From: Alphaproteobacteria bacterium
GTDB taxonomy: Bacteria > Pseudomonadota > Alphaproteobacteria > UBA828
Direction of reading: 5' to 3'
Assembly (NCBI GenBank): GCA_963667785.2
Contig: CAXXMU010000006.1
Span: 416,001-480,000, forward strand
DNA: 64,000 nt
Under the pieces are notes generated by a model that worked only from the letters and a program-made list of their open reading frames with translations, was not told the origin of the DNA and ran no database searches. A program made the translations under genes and the position numbers. Position 1 is the first letter of the stretch; each line of letters opens with the position of its first letter. Shown one piece after another: positions 58,038 through 64,000 of this stretch.

Positions 58038-58438
58038 TCGTCGGCCTCGGCTCCGACATCGTCGATATCAGGCGGATCGCGAAAACGCTCGAACGCTTCG
58101 GCCCGCGCTTCACCCATCGCGTCTTCACCGAGACCGAGCGCGCCCGCGCCGAACGCCGCCTGCGGCCGGAGCAGACCTATGCCCGCCGCTTCGCCGCCAA
58201 GGAGGCCTGCGCCAAGGCGCTCGGCACCGGGCTGCGCAACGGCGTCTTCTGGCGCGACATGGCGGTGGTCAACCTGCCGTCCGGCCAGCCGACGATCGAG
58301 CTCAGCGGCGGCGCGCTCAGGCGCTTGCAATCGCTCACGCCTTCGGGCATGAGGTGCCGCATCGACGTGACCCTGACCGATGAGCCGCCGATCGCCCAGG
58401 CCATCGTGGTGATCACGGCGATGCCCGCGAGCGAGTGA
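58034..58438 (+). CDS. acpS: Holo-[acyl-carrier-protein] synthase
   Basis: [35 protein letters not shown]. Confidence 0.95.
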   Translation: MIVGLGSDIVDIRRIAKTLERFGPRFTHRVFTETERARAERRLRPEQTYARRFAAKEACAKALGTGLRNGVFWRDMAVVNLPSGQPTIELSGGALRRLQSLTPSGMRCRIDVTLTDEPPIAQAIVVITAMPASE

Positions 58439-58508
58439 CGGCAACGAGGGCTGCGGGCGGCCCGGGCCGCGACTGGCTGGAACCGAACCGACCGCTGAGC
58501 GACCGCAC

Positions 58509-59276
58509 ATGGGGCGCGCCAAGATCCAAGGCAAGGGCACGGCCAAGCGACGCTTCGGCGGTCTCTGGGATACCGTCCGGACCCTCATCTACGCCGTGCT
58601 CGCGGCGCTGGTCGTGCGCACCGTGGCCATCGAGCCCTTCAACATCCCGTCCGGCTCGATGATCCCGACCCTGCTGGTCGGCGACTACCTGTTCGTCTCG
58701 AAATACGCCTACGGCTATAGCACCTACTCGCTGCCGTGGAACCTCACGATCTTCGACGGGCGCATTCTGGACAGCCCGCCCGAGCGCGGCGACGTCGCGG
58801 TCTTCAAGCTGCCCAGCGACAACGAGACCGACTACATCAAGCGCATCGTCGGGCTTCCGGGCGATCGTATCCAGGTGCTGCGCGGCGTGCTCCACATCAA
58901 CGGTACGCCGGTCCGGCGCGAGCGGGTGGACGACTACAGCTACCACGACCGCTACGGCCGCGAGCGCGTCCTGCGCCAGTATCGCGAGACGCTGCCGAAC
59001 GGAGCCTCGTACATGACACTCGACGCCACGCCCACCGGCGGCCTCGACGACACGCAGATCTTCACCGTGCCCCCCGACCACTATTTCGCCATGGGCGACA
59101 ACCGCGACAACTCGCTCGACAGTCGCGTGCACTCGGTCGGCTTCATCCCGGCCGAGAACCTGGTGGGCCGGGCCGAGTTCATCTTCCACTCGCTGGAGGA
59201 CGGCACCAGCATCGGGGAGGTCTGGAACTGGCCGGGCGCGACACGGGACGAGCGCATATTCAAGGCGATCGACTAG
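58509..59276 (+). CDS. lepB: Signal peptidase I
   Basis: IPSGSMIPTL, YIKRIVGLPGD, MGDNRDNSLDSR. Confidence 0.96.
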   Translation: MGRAKIQGKGTAKRRFGGLWDTVRTLIYAVLAALVVRTVAIEPFNIPSGSMIPTLLVGDYLFVSKYAYGYSTYSLPWNLTIFDGRILDSPPERGDVAVFKLPSDNETDYIKRIVGLPGDRIQVLRGVLHINGTPVRRERVDDYSYHDRYGRERVLRQYRETLPNGASYMTLDATPTGGLDDTQIFTVPPDHYFAMGDNRDNSLDSRVHSVGFIPAENLVGRAEFIFHSLEDGTSIGEVWNWPGATRDERIFKAID

Positions 59277-59995
59277 CGCCGCCGGACGCGGCGGAAGACG
59301 CCGCGCGCCGCCTCGAAGAGGCGCTCGGCCACCGCTTCGCGCGACCCTCGCTGCTGGCGCTCGCGCTCCGCCACCCCAGCGCGGCCGGGCAGGCCGGCAG
59401 CAATCAGCGCCTGGAGTTTCTGGGCGACCGGGTGCTCGGCATGGTGGTGGCGGCGATGCTCTACGAGGCCTTTCCCAACGAGGCCGAAGGCGCGCTCTCG
59501 CAGCGATACGCCGCGCTGGTACGCAGGCAGGCGCTGGAGGACGTGGCCCGCCGGCTCGCGCTCGGGCGCCACCTCCTGCTCGGCGGGGGCGAGGGCGCGG
59601 CCGGCGGTCGCGACAATCCGGCCTACCTGGCGGACGCCTGCGAGGCGGTCATCGGCGCGCTCTACATCGACGGCGGCCTGGCGGCTGCCGAGCGCTTCGT
59701 TCGCCGCCACTGGGAGCCGGCGATGACCGCCGACGCCCGGCCCCCGCGCGATGCCAAGACGCGGCTGCAGGAGTGGACGCAGGCGCGGAGCATGGGGCTG
59801 CCCGCCTACCGCACGCTGTCGTCGAGCGGGCCGGACCACGCACCGCTCTTCGAGGTGGAGGCGACGGTCGCCGGGCTCGGCAGCGCGGTCGCCACCGGCA
59901 CCACCAAGCGCGCCGCCGAGCAGGGCGCCGCGGACGCCCTGCTCGCACGCACGGAACGGGCGGCGGACGGCGCTCGCGCAGCCGACGATGGCTGA
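59228..59995 (+). CDS. rnc: Ribonuclease III; start codon unclear (CTG at 59228 proposed)
   Basis: ALRHPS, NQRLEFLGD, EGALS, LADACEAVIGALYIDGG, dsRBD DAKTRLQEW..GPDHAP.F. Confidence 0.9.
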   Translation: MAGRDTGRAHIQGDRLAPPDAAEDAARRLEEALGHRFARPSLLALALRHPSAAGQAGSNQRLEFLGDRVLGMVVAAMLYEAFPNEAEGALSQRYAALVRRQALEDVARRLALGRHLLLGGGEGAAGGRDNPAYLADACEAVIGALYIDGGLAAAERFVRRHWEPAMTADARPPRDAKTRLQEWTQARSMGLPAYRTLSSSGPDHAPLFEVEATVAGLGSAVATGTTKRAAEQGAADALLARTERAADGARAADDG

Positions 59996-60890
59996 GGCCG
60001 GCATGCGCGCGGGCTTCGTGGCCGTGCTGGGCGCGCCCAATGTCGGCAAGTCGACCCTGGTCAACCGGCTGGTGGGCGCCAAGGTGGCGATCGTCTCGCC
60101 CAAGGTGCAGACCACCCGCAGCCGGCTGCGCGGGATCCGCGTGGTCGACGAGGTCCAGATCGTCTTCGTCGACACGCCCGGCATCTTTGCCGCGAAGCGG
60201 CGCTTCGAGCGCGCGATGGTCCACGCCGCCTGGAGCGGCGCCCACGACGCCGACGCCATCCTGCTGCTGATCGACGCGCGGCGCGGGCTGACGGGCGAGA
60301 CCGGGGCGATCATCGAGAGGCTGAAGGAGTCCGGGCGCGAGGCCCTGGTCGCCCTCAACAAGATCGACCTAGTGCCCCGGCAGCGGCTGCTGCCGCTCGC
60401 GGCTGCGGTGGAGGAGACCGGGCTCGCTGCCGAGATCTTCATGGTATCCGCGCTCGACGGCGACGGGGTCGACCACCTCCTGGCAGTCCTCAAGGCCCGC
60501 ATGCCGCCGGGTCCCTGGCTCTATCCCGAAGACCAGCTCGCGGACATATCGGAGCGCCTGCTGGCGGCGGAGATCACGCGCGAGCAGCTCTTCCTGCAAC
60601 TGCGCCAGGAGCTCCCCTACGCCGTCGCGGTCGAGACCGAAGGCTGGACCGCCGCCCGCGGCGGGGCCGTGCGGGTGGAGCAGGTGATCTACGTGCAGCG
60701 CGAGACCCACAAGGGCATCGTCCTCGGCAAGGGCGGGCGGCAGATCAGGGCGATCGGCACGGCCGCGCGCGCCGGGCTCGCGGAGGCCCTCGGCCGTCCG
60801 GTGGACCTCAAGCTCTTCGTGAAGGTACGCCAGCGCTGGCCCGAGGACCCGGAGCGCTACCGCGATATCGGCCTCGAGTACGACGTCTGA
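59988..60890 (+). CDS. era: GTPase Era
   Basis: GAPNVGKST, QTTR, DTPG, NKID, EITREQ, KH GIVLGKGG. Confidence 0.96.
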   Translation: MAEAGMRAGFVAVLGAPNVGKSTLVNRLVGAKVAIVSPKVQTTRSRLRGIRVVDEVQIVFVDTPGIFAAKRRFERAMVHAAWSGAHDADAILLLIDARRGLTGETGAIIERLKESGREALVALNKIDLVPRQRLLPLAAAVEETGLAAEIFMVSALDGDGVDHLLAVLKARMPPGPWLYPEDQLADISERLLAAEITREQLFLQLRQELPYAVAVETEGWTAARGGAVRVEQVIYVQRETHKGIVLGKGGRQIRAIGTAARAGLAEALGRPVDLKLFVKVRQRWPEDPERYRDIGLEYDV

Positions 60891-61009
60891 GGCGGACCCG
60901 GCGTCGGACCGCCTTGCACGTCACCGGATCGCGCGACGCCGTTGACAGGCCGGTGCCCGGTGTTCGACGATTGCACGGTCCGTGGATGACCCTCCGGCTG
61001 GACTGCGCC

Positions 61010-61720
61010 GTGCTCACCTTTACCGAACAGATGCTGCTGCTCCTGCTGGACGACGAGACCGGAACCTTCGTCCCCATCCCCAGGACCAGCCTCACATGCG
61101 CGCTGGCCGGCGCCGTGCTGATGGACCTCGCCTTCGCCAACCGGATCGACACCGATCTTCAGACGCTCACGGTCACCAACCGGACTCCCACCGGCACTCC
61201 CATGCTCGACCGCGCGCTCACGAAGATCGGGGCCCGGAAGGAGGCGATGGACACCCGCAGCTGGATCAAGCTGCTCTCGGTCGAGGACGCGGAGTCCATC
61301 CGCGAGCAGGCGCTGCAGGGGCTCGTCCTGCAGGGCGTCCTGGCGCAACGGCCGGACAGTTTCCGCTCGGCCTTCCAGCCGGGACTCGGCGTCCTGGAGC
61401 GGGGGGAGAAAAGCTTCCTCCGGGCCCTCGACGTCCGGCGCTACCGCACGATCGACGTTGAGGCCGAGCGCGAGGTCAAGCGGCGCATAGGCAGGGTGTT
61501 GCTCACCGACGACATCCCCGACCCCCGCGACGTGGCGTTGATCGGCCTCGCGGACGCCTGCGACATCCTGGGCGACGTCTTCCCCGACCGGAAGATGGAG
61601 GCCCTGCGCCCGCGCGTCGAGCAGCTGCGGAACATGGACCTGATCGGCCGCGAGCTGGCGGGCGCGATCTCGGACATCGAGCACAACGTGAAGATGGCCG
61701 TCTCGGGCGTGGCCGGCTAG
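61010..61720 (+). CDS. GPP34/GOLPH3 (Golgi phosphoprotein 3-like) family protein; start may be ATG 60986
   Basis: LTFTEQMLLLLLDDETG, LAGAVLMDLAFANRI, TGTPMLDRAL, LVLQGVL, DPRDVALIGLADAC. Confidence 0.7.
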   Translation: MLTFTEQMLLLLLDDETGTFVPIPRTSLTCALAGAVLMDLAFANRIDTDLQTLTVTNRTPTGTPMLDRALTKIGARKEAMDTRSWIKLLSVEDAESIREQALQGLVLQGVLAQRPDSFRSAFQPGLGVLERGEKSFLRALDVRRYRTIDVEAEREVKRRIGRVLLTDDIPDPRDVALIGLADACDILGDVFPDRKMEALRPRVEQLRNMDLIGRELAGAISDIEHNVKMAVSGVAG

Positions 61721-61949
61721 AGCATTATCCGACCATACGAGGTCACCACGGCTTGAGCGTACTCCCACCTCCCCCTGTCCCCCTCCCCCAAAGGCGGAGG
61801 GGGAACGCGGCGGCGCCGCCTGTTCTCCCTCTCCGCCCCTGGGGGCGGAGAGGGCCGGGGTGAGGTGGGGGAAGATCGGGCAACACCGCACGAAGATTGG
61901 GCACCCGCAGCAACTCGCTGCGATCGTGTCTGAACGAAAAGTGCTCTAG
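61717..61949 (+). mobile_element. 233 bp MITE-like repeat, copy 3
   Basis: Same element with 5 extra bp (GCGTA); its left CTAG contains the upstream gene's TAG stop. Confidence 0.85.
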
Positions 61950-62069
61950 CGCGCACGGGAGGGCGGCCGGCGTCGCCGCCGCACGGCCCCGCGGGACGGG
62001 CCGGCCCTTCGATCCCACGCGAATCTGTGTCACCCTGCCGGCCGCACTCGAGGACAGGGAGGGTGCGGC

Positions 62070-63836
62070 ATGACGACGGGCGGCTCGGAGCGGCCCGGCG
62101 GCGTTCGCTATCAGCCTGACGAACGGCCGCCGATACTCCTCAGCGGCGGACTCGGTCTGCAGCTCGCGATCCTCTGCATCGCCGGGGTCGCGCTCGCGCC
62201 GGCGATCGTGGTCCGCGCCGCCGGCGGCAGCGAATCCTACCTGACGTGGGCCGTCTTCGCCGCGGTCCTGGTGAGCGGCGTGAGCACCGTGCTGCAGGCG
62301 CGCCGCATCGGGCGGATCGGCGCCGGCTACGTCCTCGTCATGGGCACCTCGGGCGCCTTCATCGCGATCTGCGTCGCCGCCATCGCCCAGGGCGGACCGG
62401 CCATGCTGGCCACCCTGGTGGTGATCTCGTCCCTCTTCCAGTTCCTGCTGGCGTGGCGGCTGTCGCTGCTGCGCCGAATCCTGACGCCCACGGTCGCGGG
62501 CACCGTCATCATGCTGATCCCGGTCACGGTGATGCCCATCGTCTTCGGCATGCTGAGTCAGGTGCCGGAGGGCTCGCCGGCGCTGGCGGCGCCGCTGTCT
62601 GCGCTGGTGACGGCGCTGGTCATCGCCGCCATCGCGCTGAAGGCGACGGGAGCGCTCCGCCTCTGGGCACCGGTCATCGGCATCGTCGCCGGCTGCGGGG
62701 TCGCCGGCTATTTCGGCCTCTACGAGGTCGAGCGCATCGCCAATGCCGCGTGGGTCGGCCTGCCCGAAGGCGCGTGGCCCGGCTTCGACCTCGATTTCGG
62801 GCCGGTCTTCTGGGGGCTGCTGCCGGCCTTCGTCTTCGTGACCCTGGTCGGCGCCATCGAGACGGTGGGCGACGGGGTCGCCATCCAGCGCGTTTCCTGG
62901 CGCAAGCCCCGGGCGGTGGATTTTCGGGCGGTGCAGGGCGCGGTCGGCGCGGACGGCGTCGGCAACCTGCTCTCCGGCCTGATGGGGACGGTGCCGAACA
63001 CGACCTATTCGACGAGCATATCCGTCACCGCGCTCACCGGGGTCGGCGCCCGCAGCGTCGGCATCGCGCTCGGCATCGTTTTCGTCGCGGTGGCGTTCAT
63101 CCCCAAGGCGCTCGCCGTGGTAATGGCGATACCGGGGCCGGTGGCGGCGGCCTACATCACCGTGCTGCTGGGGCTGCTCTTCGTCGTCGGCATGCGGATC
63201 GTCGTCCAGGACGGGCTCGACTACCGCAAAGGCCTGATCGCCGGCATCTCGTTCTGGATCGGGGTCGGCCTGCAGAACGGCGTGATCTTCCCCGAGCACG
63301 TCTCCGGCATCGCCGGCGGCCTGCTGGAGAACGGCATGACCGGCGGCGGCCTGGTGGCGATCCTGCTCACCCTCTTCGTGGAGCTGACTTCGCCCCGCCG
63401 CCGCCGCATGCAGGCACCCTTCGAGGTCGCCTCGCTGCCCGAGATCAGGGCGTTTCTCGAGCGCTTCGCCTCACGCAGCGGCTGGAGTGCGGCGATGGCG
63501 CAGCGCCTCGATGCCGCCGCCGAGGAGGCACTGCTGACGCTGCTGCGCGAAGGCGAAGGCGAGGAAGAGGGCGGCGAGGCGGCCCGGAAGCGGCGCCTGC
63601 TTCTCACCGCCCACAGGGAGGGCGGCGGCGCGGTGCTGGAGTTCATCGCCGCGCCCGGCGACGACAATCTGGAGGACCGGATCGCCGTGATGAGCGAGCA
63701 GGCCGACGGCGCGCCCGAGCATGAGGTCTCGCTCAGGCTGCTGCGCCACCTCGCGTCCTCGGTCCACCACCAGCAGTATCACGACACCGACATCGTCACG
63801 ATCCGCGTGGACACCCCGGCACCCGGCCGAAGCTGA
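62070..63836 (+). CDS. NCS2 (xanthine/uracil permease) family transporter with C-terminal degenerate RsbW/HATPase_c-like domain
   Basis: LGLQ, LVMGTS, TPTVAGTVIMLI, ETVGD, ADGVG, PNTTYS, PK; soluble tail LDAAAEEALL...SLRLLRHLASSVHHQ. Confidence 0.8.
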   Translation: MTTGGSERPGGVRYQPDERPPILLSGGLGLQLAILCIAGVALAPAIVVRAAGGSESYLTWAVFAAVLVSGVSTVLQARRIGRIGAGYVLVMGTSGAFIAICVAAIAQGGPAMLATLVVISSLFQFLLAWRLSLLRRILTPTVAGTVIMLIPVTVMPIVFGMLSQVPEGSPALAAPLSALVTALVIAAIALKATGALRLWAPVIGIVAGCGVAGYFGLYEVERIANAAWVGLPEGAWPGFDLDFGPVFWGLLPAFVFVTLVGAIETVGDGVAIQRVSWRKPRAVDFRAVQGAVGADGVGNLLSGLMGTVPNTTYSTSISVTALTGVGARSVGIALGIVFVAVAFIPKALAVVMAIPGPVAAAYITVLLGLLFVVGMRIVVQDGLDYRKGLIAGISFWIGVGLQNGVIFPEHVSGIAGGLLENGMTGGGLVAILLTLFVELTSPRRRRMQAPFEVASLPEIRAFLERFASRSGWSAAMAQRLDAAAEEALLTLLREGEGEEEGGEAARKRRLLLTAHREGGGAVLEFIAAPGDDNLEDRIAVMSEQADGAPEHEVSLRLLRHLASSVHHQQYHDTDIVTIRVDTPAPGRS

Positions 63837-63839
63837 AGG

Positions 63840-64000
63840 TTAGCGCAGGAATTCGTCCACCAGGCGATTGAAGCGCTCGGGATTCTCCATGAACATGAAG
63901 TGATTGCCGCCGTCGGCCTCCTCGAAGATCTCGAGCTGCGAGCCGGCGATCTGTCGCTGCATCCATTCCTGCGAGCGCCAGTCGATCAGGCTCGCGCGGC
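63840..64000 (-). CDS. Alpha/beta hydrolase, C-terminal part (5' end outside window)
   Basis: Minus-strand translation ...IAGSQLEIFEEADGGNHFMFMENPERFNRLVDEFLR*, with the catalytic-His motif. Confidence 0.7.
   Translation of the reverse strand, partial: RASLIDWRSQEWMQRQIAGSQLEIFEEADGGNHFMFMENPERFNRLVDEFLR

Noticed and set aside
58736-59995. 419 aa RNase III with a long N-terminal extension
   Set aside because: The upstream part is an off-frame read of lepB; RNase III similarity starts only at about 59290.

Overview
This is a high-GC alphaproteobacterial chromosome segment with a Rhodospirillales-like gene set (gcrA, trkH-folE-apaG, ETF-QO/TPR/ispE, der-bamB-yfgM, acpS-lepB-rnc-era, def-fmt-truA, uvrB). 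I saw no rRNA, tRNA, CRISPR array or transposase. Accessory content includes a GntR-associated cluster (ribose-type ABC transporter, two-subunit ATP-dependent hydantoinase/oxoprolinase, Xaa-Pro peptidase, PutA) that looks like a catabolic route for a cyclic proline-containing compound. It also includes a five-gene tungsten aldehyde oxidoreductase (aorABCDE-like) operon, four luciferase-like monooxygenases, a PAS-PAS kinase with three receiver domains, a vapBC-type toxin-antitoxin pair, a GPP34/GOLPH3-like gene, and an NCS2 permease fused to a degenerate RsbW-like domain. Three near-identical 228-233 bp CTAG-bounded, highly structured non-coding elements (MITE-like) lie at 33681, 42067 and 61717. 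All product calls come from my reading of the translated motifs; no database search was run.
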